NCBI GenBank assembly: GCA_004284765.1
Contig: NQJD01000010.1
Location: forward strand, 1 to 32,000
Source: Candidatus Electronema aureum
GTDB taxonomy: Bacteria; Desulfobacterota; Desulfobulbia; Desulfobulbales; Desulfobulbaceae
DNA length: 32,000 nucleotides
Direction: 5' to 3'
Both the position numbers and the translations under genes were made by a program. Numbering within the stretch: position 1 is the stretch's first letter; every line of letters begins with the position of its first letter. Positions 24,093 through 32,000 of this stretch are shown here, in pieces. The notes beneath the pieces are model-generated. The model was given only the letters and a program-made list of their open reading frames with translations, was not told the DNA's origin and ran no database searches.

Positions 24093-25796
24093 ATGAGCAA
24101 AATCACAGGCGCACAGGCCATCGTAAAATGTCTGCAAGAAGAAGGGGTTGACACCATTTTTGGTTTTCCGGGCGGCGTGATCCTTGATCTGTATGACGAA
24201 CTGATGGATTCCCCGATCAAAAATCTGCTCGTCCGCCACGAACAGGGGGCTGTCCACGCAGCGGACGGCTATGCGCGGGCCAGCGGCAAAGTCGGTGTCG
24301 CTCTGCTTACTTCAGGGCCAGGAGCCACCAACGGGGTGACAGGCATTGCCACTGCCTATATGGATTCCATCCCGATAGTGGTGCTGACTGGCCAAGTGCC
24401 GAGGGCACTGATCGGCAACGATGCCTTTCAAGAGGTTGATATTGTTGGCATCACTCGGCCTTGCACTAAGCACAACTACTTAGTGAATGACCCAGATGAT
24501 CTGGTGCGTGTCCTGCGTGAGGCCTTCTATCTTGCGGCTTCTGGGCGGCCTGGCCCGGTGTTGGTCGATATGCCCAAAGATGTGATGGCTGCCAAGATTG
24601 ATTTCCCGGAGCGGAAAGAAATCAGGATGAAGACCTACCAGCCCACGGTGGAGCCGCATCCGGGCCAAGTTGCCAAAGCCTGCAAGGCATTTTTCAAAGC
24701 CAAACGCCCGGTGTTGTACGTGGGCGGCGGGGTTATTCTGTCCAACTCCAGCAAGGAACTAACCGAACTGGCTGAGAAAACCCAAATTCCCGTAACCATG
24801 ACCCTTATGGGTTTGGGTGCTTTTCCCGGTACCAATCCCCTGTCGATGGGAATGTTGGGAATGCACGGCTCGTATGCTGCTAATATGATGGTGGCAAAAA
24901 GCGATTTGCTGATTGCAGTCGGCGCACGTTTTGATGACCGGATCACAGGTCGCCTTGACACCTTTGCTAAGGAAGCTGAGATTATCCATATTGACATTGA
25001 TCCAACATCGATTTCTAAAAACGTCAAAGTCGATATCCCCTTGGTTGCTGATTGCAAAAACGCGTTACAGGCAATGAATGCTTGGTTTGACAGCAACCCT
25101 GATTTTAGCACCATTGCCTTTGCCGAAAAACACAAACCTTGGCTTGAACAGGTCAATGAGTGGAACAACAAACACCCGCTTTCTTATATTGATGAAGGCG
25201 AGATTATCAAGCCGCAATTCGTGATCGAAACCATCAACCGACTCACTGGCGGCGATGCGATCATCACCACCGAGGTTGGGCAGAATCAGATGTGGACGGC
25301 CCAGTTTTACAAGTTCAACCAACCGCGCCAGCTACTGACTTCTGGCGGTCTTGGCACGATGGGCTACGGCCTGCCAGCGGCTATCGGCGCAAAAATTGCC
25401 TTCCCGGATGCGACCGTCATTGATATCGCGGGCGACGGCTCAATTCAGATGAATATTCAAGAGTTAGCCACGGCCAAGCAGTACGGTGCAGCGGTCAAGG
25501 TGGCGATTCTCAACAACGGCTATCTTGGTATGGTACGGCAGTGGCAGGAGCTGTTCTACGACCGACGTTATTCTGGCACGCCGATGGAAGTCACGCCTGA
25601 TTTTGTTGAACTGGCGAAAGCCTACGGCGCAGTCGGACTGCGGGCTAAGACCAAAAGTGAGGTAGAAGCGGTGGTCAAAGAGGCTTTAGCGATCAAAGAT
25701 AAGGTCGTGATCATGGATTTCGTCATCAAGCGTGAAGAGTGTGTATTCCCGATGGTTCCTGCTGGAAGATCGACCACGGAAATGCTGCTTGTCTAA
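24093..25796 (+). CDS. ilvB: Acetolactate synthase (biosynthetic), large catalytic subunit
   Basis: 567 aa. ThDP-enzyme motifs: GFPGG, HEQGAVHAADGYARASGK, and the GLGTMGYGLPAAIGAK..GDGSIQMNIQEL ThDP-binding fold. Confidence 0.95.
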   Translation: MSKITGAQAIVKCLQEEGVDTIFGFPGGVILDLYDELMDSPIKNLLVRHEQGAVHAADGYARASGKVGVALLTSGPGATNGVTGIATAYMDSIPIVVLTGQVPRALIGNDAFQEVDIVGITRPCTKHNYLVNDPDDLVRVLREAFYLAASGRPGPVLVDMPKDVMAAKIDFPERKEIRMKTYQPTVEPHPGQVAKACKAFFKAKRPVLYVGGGVILSNSSKELTELAEKTQIPVTMTLMGLGAFPGTNPLSMGMLGMHGSYAANMMVAKSDLLIAVGARFDDRITGRLDTFAKEAEIIHIDIDPTSISKNVKVDIPLVADCKNALQAMNAWFDSNPDFSTIAFAEKHKPWLEQVNEWNNKHPLSYIDEGEIIKPQFVIETINRLTGGDAIITTEVGQNQMWTAQFYKFNQPRQLLTSGGLGTMGYGLPAAIGAKIAFPDATVIDIAGDGSIQMNIQELATAKQYGAAVKVAILNNGYLGMVRQWQELFYDRRYSGTPMEVTPDFVELAKAYGAVGLRAKTKSEVEAVVKEALAIKDKVVIMDFVIKREECVFPMVPAGRSTTEMLLV

Positions 25797-25848
25797 CCTT
25801 GCTACGGTTCTTCTTTAGGAATCAAGAATATCGAACAGGATTAAACCC

Positions 25849-26331
25849 ATGAAACACACTCTTTCTGTTTTGCTTCAGAATAAACCCGGCGCACTGTCGC
25901 GGGTGACTGGTCTTTTTAGCGGTCGCGGCTTCAATATCGAGAGCCTTTGCGTGGCAGAAACCCTTGATCCCAAGGTTTCAAGCCTAACTGTGGTGACTCG
26001 CGGTAGTGATGCTATCATTGAGCAGATCATTAAGCAGCTGCACAAGCTGATTGATGTCATCAAAGTCACAGATATTAGCGAAGGCGAATATGTCGAGCGC
26101 GAGATGGTATTGATTCGGGTTAATGCCGAAGCATCTACCCGTGCTGAAGTGCTGCGAGTGATCGACATCTTCCGGGGCAAGGTGGTAGATGTCAGTCCGA
26201 CTTCCTATGCGGTGGAAATCACCGGTTCAGAGTCTAAAGTGCGGGCGGTAATTGACATTCTCCGGCCCATCGGCATTAAGGAGATTGTTCGCACTGGCAC
26301 CGTGGCTATGGCCCGCGCCCCGAAGAAGTAG
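25849..26331 (+). CDS. ilvN: Acetolactate synthase small regulatory subunit
   Basis: 160 aa. ACT domain HTLSVLLQNKPGALSRVTGLFSGRGFNIESL, located directly downstream of ilvB. Confidence 0.93.
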   Translation: MKHTLSVLLQNKPGALSRVTGLFSGRGFNIESLCVAETLDPKVSSLTVVTRGSDAIIEQIIKQLHKLIDVIKVTDISEGEYVEREMVLIRVNAEASTRAEVLRVIDIFRGKVVDVSPTSYAVEITGSESKVRAVIDILRPIGIKEIVRTGTVAMARAPKK

Positions 26332-26348
26332 CAGTAGCTCCCTCCGTA

Positions 26349-26382
26349 AGAGGCATGACGACCTGTCATGCCTCTTTTTTTT
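26349..26382 (+). terminator. Rho-independent terminator after ilvN
   Basis: AGAGGCATGAC-gacct-GTCATGCCTCT forms an 11-bp stem and is followed by a run of 7 T. Confidence 0.8.
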
Positions 26383-26400
26383 CCTTCACGAAGCGAATAA

Positions 26401-27045
26401 ATGAAAGCACCTGAATTCTCCGTGGCCAAAGAGGGGTTTCCCTTCATCCTATTCTGCGGCTTTGTTGCCCTGATCTGTGCGATTTTGCAATACCGGATTG
26501 CCGCGTTTGCCGGATTGACGGTCACAGCCTTTGTTACGTGGTTTTTCCGCGACCCGGAACGCACGCTACCTGAAGGCGAAAATGCCGTGGTTTCTCCGGC
26601 AGATGGCAAGGTTATCCGAGTGGAGGAGATGTTTGATGACCGTTTTCTGCATCAAGAGGTACTTAGGATTTCTATTTTCATGAATGTTTTCAACGTCCAC
26701 GTCAACCGAATTCCCTGCGCTGGCAGGGTGCGGCGGGTGCTGTTTCAGCCGGGTCGCTTTTACGCTGCTGATCAGGATAAGGCCGCTTTGCACAACGAGC
26801 ATTGTGCCTTAGTTGTCAGCACCGCTTCTGGTCAAGAATACGCCGCAGTGCAGATTGCTGGCCTGATCGCCCGCCGTATCGTCTGTCGGGCTGAACCGGG
26901 TGATCAGGTGCGGACTGGCGAACGGTATGGCTTGATCCGCTTTGGCTCGCGGGTTGATTTGTATTTACCCAAAGGAAGCGAGGCAGCGGTCAAGGTTGGG
27001 CAGAAGGTGAAGTCAGGCGAGACAGTGCTGGTGTGGGCGAAGTAA
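26401..27045 (+). CDS. psd: Phosphatidylserine decarboxylase proenzyme (short, archaetidylserine-decarboxylase-like type)
   Basis: 214 aa. Two N-terminal TM helices, FMNVFNVHVNR, and the C-terminal self-cleavage region LIRFGSRVDLYLP. Confidence 0.85.
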   Translation: MKAPEFSVAKEGFPFILFCGFVALICAILQYRIAAFAGLTVTAFVTWFFRDPERTLPEGENAVVSPADGKVIRVEEMFDDRFLHQEVLRISIFMNVFNVHVNRIPCAGRVRRVLFQPGRFYAADQDKAALHNEHCALVVSTASGQEYAAVQIAGLIARRIVCRAEPGDQVRTGERYGLIRFGSRVDLYLPKGSEAAVKVGQKVKSGETVLVWAK

Positions 27046-27315
27046 TTTCCTTTTGGTAGTGTCTTGGCCACTGAGCCAGCGGAAGGGATTGTCATAGATT
27101 ATGGCAGAAAGATCGCCGATGGTAGCACAGAGGAAGTACGGTAAAATCAGGCGGTGATCAGGGTATATTGGGTGGCGGATTGACAAAATAGTTTCGTCAA
27201 ATTACTTGACAAAAAGCACTATAAAATATAGTGTGTAATTTGTAGTCATGCTTATAAGCATAATTAATGTTTATGAGAAAAGATTATTAATCTTTAAGAG
27301 GAATTTTTGATTATT

Positions 27316-27879
27316 ATGAAAGCATTTAAAGTGGTCTTCGCCTCCGCAGCACTGTTATTTATTGCCAGTCAGGTTTCTGCCAACGTAACTTTTAATGCAC
27401 CTATGGAGTTTGCGGGAACAGGCTGCAAACCCGGTTCATATTCTTTCTCAGGCGAAGGTACCGACACTCTCAGCGTTCTATTCAGTGCGTATGATGCTGG
27501 CAATCCAGCCAGTAAAGCTGCCAGCACTATGGGACGCACCGCCTGTAGTTTTGTCGTACCCGTCAACGTGCCGCCAGGTTTTCAAGTATCCACAATGACT
27601 TCGGACTGGCGAGGATATGCTGAAGGTAAGACCGAACTGTTCCGCGAATATTTCTTTGCCGGTCAGCGTGGACCGAAAAAAGTCACAAAACCCAATGGTA
27701 ACTACACAGAACGTGATACTCTGATGCATGCTACTTGGAGTGGTTGCGGCGGAGGAACTGTACCTATGCGAATTAACAGTTCTGTAAGAGCAGTGGGCAA
27801 ACCAAGTTATATTGCAGTAGATACGGTTGACCTTCAAAACAAGGTTGAATTTCATCTGCTGTGGAAAAAATGTCAATAA
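27316..27879 (+). CDS. Secreted DUF4360-like protein, paralogue 1
   Basis: Signal peptide MKAFKVVFASAALLFIASQVSA. Motifs GTGCKPGS, FSAYDA, ACSF..P.GFQVS, DWRGYAEG and REYFFAG, plus 4 conserved Cys shared by all three paralogues. The pattern recalls Pfam DUF4360 (tentative). The ORF track offers TTG 27307 as an alternative start. Confidence 0.6.
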   Translation: MKAFKVVFASAALLFIASQVSANVTFNAPMEFAGTGCKPGSYSFSGEGTDTLSVLFSAYDAGNPASKAASTMGRTACSFVVPVNVPPGFQVSTMTSDWRGYAEGKTELFREYFFAGQRGPKKVTKPNGNYTERDTLMHATWSGCGGGTVPMRINSSVRAVGKPSYIAVDTVDLQNKVEFHLLWKKCQ

Positions 27880-27978
27880 CGTTAACACGGATAGCTATTT
27901 CCTCATGAATTTACTCCAAAGGAAATGATGAAATACCGCAATGCGGTAAAAAAGTAGCTTACCTGTTCATAAGCAGAT

Positions 27979-28012
27979 GAAGCCCATGCTATTTAGCATG
28001 GGCTTCTTTTTT
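27979..28012 (+). terminator. Rho-independent terminator after DUF4360-like paralogue 1
   Basis: GAAGCCCATGCT-attt-AGCATGGGCTTC forms a 12-bp stem and is followed by TTTTTT. Confidence 0.8.
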
Positions 28013-28026
28013 AGAGGATGATAACC

Positions 28027-28599
28027 ATGAAGAAAAATATTTTTGCTGCGGCTTTAACTATTGCTGCCAGTTTTGCGTTCTCTGCTGAAGCCTCACCGTA
28101 CGCTCCAGTTTATTTTAAATCCGTGCAATATGCAGGAACAGGCTGTAAACCAAGTTCAGCTGTTGTTGTAGGAAAAGGCTTTTCAATCATGACCATTGCA
28201 TTGGATAAATATGATGCTGCCAATCCTCGTTCTAAAGCTCGTAGTAAAATGGAACGAGCCTCTTGCAACTTTACAGTGCCTATCCATGCAACACGAGGTT
28301 ATCAGGTCTCCGTCATGACCATAACTTGGCGAGGATACACCAAAGGTTCAACCGAGCTGCGGCGCGAATATTTCATTGCCGATCAACGTGGAGCTGCAAA
28401 GACTTCACATCATAGTGGTCGCTTTATAAAACAGGACAATTTGCCGAAAAGTTATTTCAGTCAATGCGGTCAAAATGTTACCCTGCGGATCAACAGTTCA
28501 GTACGCGCAACTGATCCTAACAGTTATATCGCAGTTGGAAAGACTGAACAGTCCGGTAAGATGACTTTTCAGCTGAAATGGCGAAAATGTCATTCATGA
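28027..28599 (+). CDS. Secreted DUF4360-like protein, paralogue 2
   Basis: Signal peptide MKKNIFAAALTIAASFAFSAEA. It has the same motif skeleton (GTGCKPSS, KYDAANP, SCNFTVP, TWRGY, REYFIA, INSSVRA) and is the most divergent of the three. Confidence 0.6.
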   Translation: MKKNIFAAALTIAASFAFSAEASPYAPVYFKSVQYAGTGCKPSSAVVVGKGFSIMTIALDKYDAANPRSKARSKMERASCNFTVPIHATRGYQVSVMTITWRGYTKGSTELRREYFIADQRGAAKTSHHSGRFIKQDNLPKSYFSQCGQNVTLRINSSVRATDPNSYIAVGKTEQSGKMTFQLKWRKCHS

Positions 28600-28695
28600 G
28601 ATCGAATAAACAACTATGTTGTATTATTCTGAATAGGTAAAATTCTTGCTGATATAACCGGCAATTTTTTATCTTCAGGAAAGGAAGAAGTATTT

Positions 28696-29295
28696 ATGAA
28701 GAAAATTATTGTCGCCACATTAGCCGCAGCTTTCTGCATTGTTACTGCTGAAGCAGATGCACAAGTATATTTCAATTCACCCATTGATTTTGCCGGAACA
28801 GGCTGCAAATTAGGTTCATATATTTTCTCAGGTGAAAAAACTGACACCTTGACTGTCATGTTCAGCGCGTATGATGCAGCTAACCCAAGTTCTAATGCTG
28901 TCAGCGGCCTACAGAACACCTCTTGTAACTTTGTCATACCTCTTTATGTGCCGCAAGGTTATCAGGTCTCCACTATGACTGCGGATTGGAGGGGGTATGC
29001 TGAAGGCTCAACCGAGCTATTTCGTGAATATTTCTTTGCCGGAGCGAAAGGGATCGATAAAATCTCAAATCCTTCCGGGAATTATACAGAAAGAGACGAT
29101 GATCTGATCTATACGACTTGCAGTTCATACGGAGAAGACGTATTCCTGCGGATCAATACTTCAGTGCGGGCAATAGGCAGCAAGAGTTATATTGTCGTGG
29201 ACACCGCTGATCTCCAGAACAATGTCGTTTTTCATCTAAACTGGAAGAAATGTGACCCAATACCACTTCCTTCTATTTTTATGCTTCTTTTGTAG
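28696..29295 (+). CDS. Secreted DUF4360-like protein, paralogue 3
   Basis: Signal peptide MKKIIVATLAAAFCIVTAEA. It is closest to paralogue 1 (FAGTGCK.GSY.FSGE.TDTL, DWRGYAEG.TELFREYFFAG, GNYTERD) and has an extra hydrophobic C-terminal tail, PIPLPSIFMLLL. Confidence 0.6.
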   Translation: MKKIIVATLAAAFCIVTAEADAQVYFNSPIDFAGTGCKLGSYIFSGEKTDTLTVMFSAYDAANPSSNAVSGLQNTSCNFVIPLYVPQGYQVSTMTADWRGYAEGSTELFREYFFAGAKGIDKISNPSGNYTERDDDLIYTTCSSYGEDVFLRINTSVRAIGSKSYIVVDTADLQNNVVFHLNWKKCDPIPLPSIFMLLL

Positions 29296-29460
29296 ATTTT
29301 TTGGTAGCCTTCAAGGAGTAGTGGCTCAAGTTGGAGCAATATTTTGTTATAATTTAACCCGAGTTTCTACCTATTTTTGAATAAAATTCCACAGTTCCCC
29401 GGTATGAGTTATATTTTTGATGTCAAAGTCAGAACAAACACATACGGAGAGGAACTGTAG

Positions 29461-29935
29461 ATATCGAGATCACTGCATTTTACTGCGTCTGCGATGATTT
29501 GCTGAAATCTTTGAATTATCAAGATCATTTTCAATGCCAGATGAGCACTGCGGAAGTCATGACAGCAGCCTTAACAGCAGTGGCCTTTTTCGGCGGAGAC
29601 CATGAGAAAAGCTGCAATTTTCTCAAAGAATACCAATATATTCCCTGTATGATCTCAAAAAGCCGATTCAATCGGCGGGTTGCCGGAATCCCTGAATTTG
29701 TCTGGCGCGGTCTGGCGGACTGGCTTGCCTCCGCTGCTCACGGGGCAGATTCACCGAAAATTTATATTGCTGACAGCTTTCCTGTCCCTGTCTGCCGGAA
29801 CATCCGCATAAAACGCTGCAAAATTTACAATGGGAATGTTTCAGAGGATATATTGCCAGTCAGCGGAAATATTTTTACGGGATAAAAGTTCATGCTTTAA
29901 TGAATGAATCAGGAATCAACGATTGCATTTTATTC
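29461..29935 (+). pseudogene. IS982-family transposase remnant (no ATG start, frameshifted, 3'-truncated)
   Basis: Translation ..EITAFYCVCDDLLKSLNYQDH..DSFPVPVCRNIRIKRCKIY matches the IS982-family N-terminal half. After about 29845 the family motif continues in another frame (FRGYIASQRKYFYGIKVHALMNESG) and then stops. The catalytic C-terminal half is absent. Confidence 0.65.
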
Positions 29936-30127
29936 CATTGATCACTTACAGTTCACCTTTACCCACTTGCCTGCCTTCCCCTAATGCAGGGTTTTTCCCT
30001 TGGCTACCGTTCAGTATCGATACTGGCGTGGGAGTGAGTTAGGGGGCTTTGTCTACAAATCAAGGTTGAAGACCTTAGGGGTAGCCCCCTGTATCTGCCC
30101 TGCTTATGCATATGCACGAGGTCTGCC

Positions 30128-30649
30128 TTACAACCAGCTTACCCGTTCTATTTCCTCTTGCCCAGTCAACAGCTCTATGTCTGTCAGCAGCTCGGCAATG
30201 GTTTTATTCAGCAGAGGATGTCGGAGCTGCGGGGCAATTTCCGTTAGCGGCACCAGCACAAACCTACGCTCATGGATCGCTGGATGCGGCAAGACTAACC
30301 GTTCTGTCTGTATGATGCGCTGATCAAATAGCAGTAAATCCAAGTCAATCGTTCTGTCCTGATAGCCCTCTCGGTCGGCAAAACGAACTCTGCCGAAACG
30401 GAGTTCAGTGGCAAGAAGAACCTCCAACAAGGCTTCTGGCGCAAGTGAAGTGTGCAGCAGCCCAGCAGCGTTAATAAACCAGTGCGGGCTGTCCATTGCT
30501 ACCGGCTTGGTGCGGTAAGGCGAGGACAGCGTGTGCGGGAAAATATCCGGGTGTTCATCAAGGGCTTGCCAAGCCTCAAGCAGGAGTTTGCGCGACTGGC
30601 CAAGATTAGAGCCAAGACCGATACAGGCGAAAGAACGAGGTAGCTGCAT
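30128..30649 (-). CDS. folK: 2-amino-4-hydroxy-6-hydroxymethyldihydropteridine diphosphokinase
   Basis: Motifs IGLGSNLG, SSPYRTKPV, WFINAAGLL, RTIDLDLLLF and LPHPAIHERRFVLVPL. Start placed at MQLPRSFACIGLGSN (30649); the ORF-track start at 30688 adds 13 residues. Confidence 0.88.
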   Translation of the reverse strand: MQLPRSFACIGLGSNLGQSRKLLLEAWQALDEHPDIFPHTLSSPYRTKPVAMDSPHWFINAAGLLHTSLAPEALLEVLLATELRFGRVRFADREGYQDRTIDLDLLLFDQRIIQTERLVLPHPAIHERRFVLVPLTEIAPQLRHPLLNKTIAELLTDIELLTGQEEIERVSWL

Positions 30650-30823
30650 CACTGAACTACCACTGCCCGCCAAAGACTGATTGTCCATTTTCCATCCTTA
30701 TGCTCAAGAAAACGCCGCCGCGCGTGTGGGAATAGCTCCAACGTGTACAAGTCCGCCGGAGCAACGTATGTAAGTCTCCAAGACTTACATATATAGCTGA
30801 AGCAGCATAAAGTGAACTTGAAT

Positions 30824-30894
30824 GTCATTCCGAGCGGAGCGAGGAATCTCCTCTTCGTCCTTGGCATGAGATTTCTCGCTTTGCTCGAAATGAC
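30824..30894 (+). repeat. 27-bp-arm imperfect inverted repeat (hairpin element) upstream of folK
   Basis: GTCATTCCGAGCGGAGCGAGGAATCTC (30824..30850) pairs with GAGATTTCTCGCTTTGCTCGAAATGAC (30868..30894). As plus-strand RNA this gives 23 Watson-Crick pairs, 3 G-U pairs and 1 mismatch. As minus-strand RNA it gives 3 mismatches. Confidence 0.6.
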
Positions 30895-31022
30895 AGATAT
30901 GACGGTTCAAATTATGTTGCTCTGGCTATACAAGTCCGGCGGACATATATACGTTCGAGCGGCGCGGCACTTCATGTCGCCAGCCAGTCAGTGCCAGCGG
31001 CTGGCCGCTTCCTCTTCAGCCG

Positions 31023-32000
31023 TTACTGCTGCCCCCGCAGCTTGGCGCGAACTGCCGCCAATGCCTCGCGCCAATCTTTCAGCTTCGGGTGTTCAAGTTG
31101 CTCCATCAACTCTACAGCCCGGCTGATGTATGGCTCGGCCTTGGCAAGCTCGCCTTGCTGGACGTACAGACTGCCCATATTCCAGCTAATGCCAGCCTCT
31201 TCCGTTTTTGCGCCAATCTCCTGCGCTATGGCCAGAGCTTGTTCATACTGCTTCAGAGCGGCTGGGTAATCTCCTTTAGCCTTATAAATCGCAGAAATAT
31301 TGTTCAGACTTCCTCCCTCGCCTCGTCGGTCGCCGATTTGCCGGGTGATCGCCAAGTCCTGCTCTGCATACTCCAAGGCGGCATCATAGTTTCCTTGCGC
31401 ATGATACACTTGGCCGATGTTGTTCAACACCTTGCTTTCCGTAGCCTTATCCTTGATTTTGCGGGCTATAGCCAAAGCCTGCTTGTAGTAGTCCAAGGCT
31501 GCCGTATCGTCACCTTGCGCAAAGTGAATCGCGCCAATATTGGTTAAGGTGCTGCCTTCACCTTCCTTGTCATCTATCTCTCTCCGCAGCGGCAGGCTTT
31601 GTTCAAGATACTTCAGAGCCTGCGGATAATCGCCCTTGCTCCAATAAATTCCTGCGATATTGTTCAGTATCACGCCTTCAAATTCCTTGTCGCCGACTTC
31701 CAGGCATATAGGCAGGCTCTGCTCCAGATAGTCCAAGGCATTGTCGTACTCACCTTGGACATCGTAAATCTGGCTGATGTTATTCAGCATCTTGGCTTCA
31801 CCCTTGCGGTCGCCGATTTCACGGTAGATGGACAGGCTTTGCTCATCTAAGCGCAGAGCCTCAGCATAGCGGGCAATATTGTCAAGGTCTTGTCCTGCCC
31901 AGCCAAGACAGTCCGCTCGTTCCCATTCATATCCTTCAGGCAAGGCAGCCGCAGCCTCTTGGAAATACTGGGCAGATTTCTCGTAGCGATATTGCAGCCG
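31023..32000 (-). CDS. Tetratricopeptide-repeat protein (partial; ORF is open to the window end)
   Basis: Tandem ~40-aa TPR units (..NNI..IY...G.Y..AL.Y.EQ.L.I..EIGD..GE..). The frame has no stop between 31943 and 32000, so the true start lies outside the window. Confidence 0.8.
   Translation of the reverse strand, partial: RLQYRYEKSAQYFQEAAAALPEGYEWERADCLGWAGQDLDNIARYAEALRLDEQSLSIYREIGDRKGEAKMLNNISQIYDVQGEYDNALDYLEQSLPICLEVGDKEFEGVILNNIAGIYWSKGDYPQALKYLEQSLPLRREIDDKEGEGSTLTNIGAIHFAQGDDTAALDYYKQALAIARKIKDKATESKVLNNIGQVYHAQGNYDAALEYAEQDLAITRQIGDRRGEGGSLNNISAIYKAKGDYPAALKQYEQALAIAQEIGAKTEEAGISWNMGSLYVQQGELAKAEPYISRAVELMEQLEHPKLKDWREALAAVRAKLRGQQ

Noticed and set aside
30040-30095. AGGGGGCT ... 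AGCCCCCT inverted 8-mers downstream of folK considered as another REP copy or a terminator
   Set aside because: The stem is only 8 bp with a ~35-nt loop. It has no GTAG head and no T-run, and it does not match the GGGGCGAA or GGGGCAAT palindrome families seen in purL.

Overview
High-GC bacterial chromosomal segment (core genes look above 60% GC by eye, not computed) with two visibly lower-GC accessory islets. All calls rest on manual translation and motif recognition; no searches were run.

Gene order, left to right:
- Nested IS debris: an IS630-type transposase gene split by a 116-bp MITE-like element, and an IS30-type C-terminal remnant.
- A lone 1459-aa P-loop/STAND-like NTPase with an N-terminal Mrr/PD-(D/E)xK-like motif (Avs-like defence candidate).
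- A 5'-truncated second copy of purL.
- An HU-like/DUF4469-type gene (copy A), preceded by a 7 x 23-bp phased repeat array.
- An 8-gene arsenic operon: arsR, acr3, Fe-S protein, rhodanese, two thioredoxin-fold proteins, CcdA-like protein, arsM.
- Full-length purL.
- HU-like/DUF4469 copy B, with its own 6 x 23-bp array built on a different core.
- A secreted 7-blade FG-GAP propeller, a TerB/DUF533 protein, glgX, vanZ, ilvB-ilvN and psd.
- Three tandem secreted DUF4360-like paralogues in a low-GC islet that ends in an IS982-type remnant.
- folK and a partial TPR gene.

Most notable observations:
1. Two [23-bp-phased palindromic-core array]-[TTGACA promoter]-[HU-like/DUF4469 gene] modules share one architecture but have different core sequences. 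Each sits directly upstream of purL sequence, and the modules diverge far more than the adjacent purL.
2. A full plus truncated purL direct repeat brackets the ars operon, as a Campbell-type single crossover would leave it.
3. HU-like gene A and the purL remnant are in the same frame, separated only by one TGA.
4. GTAG-type REP/REPIN palindromes are inserted in frame at the same linker site in both purL copies.
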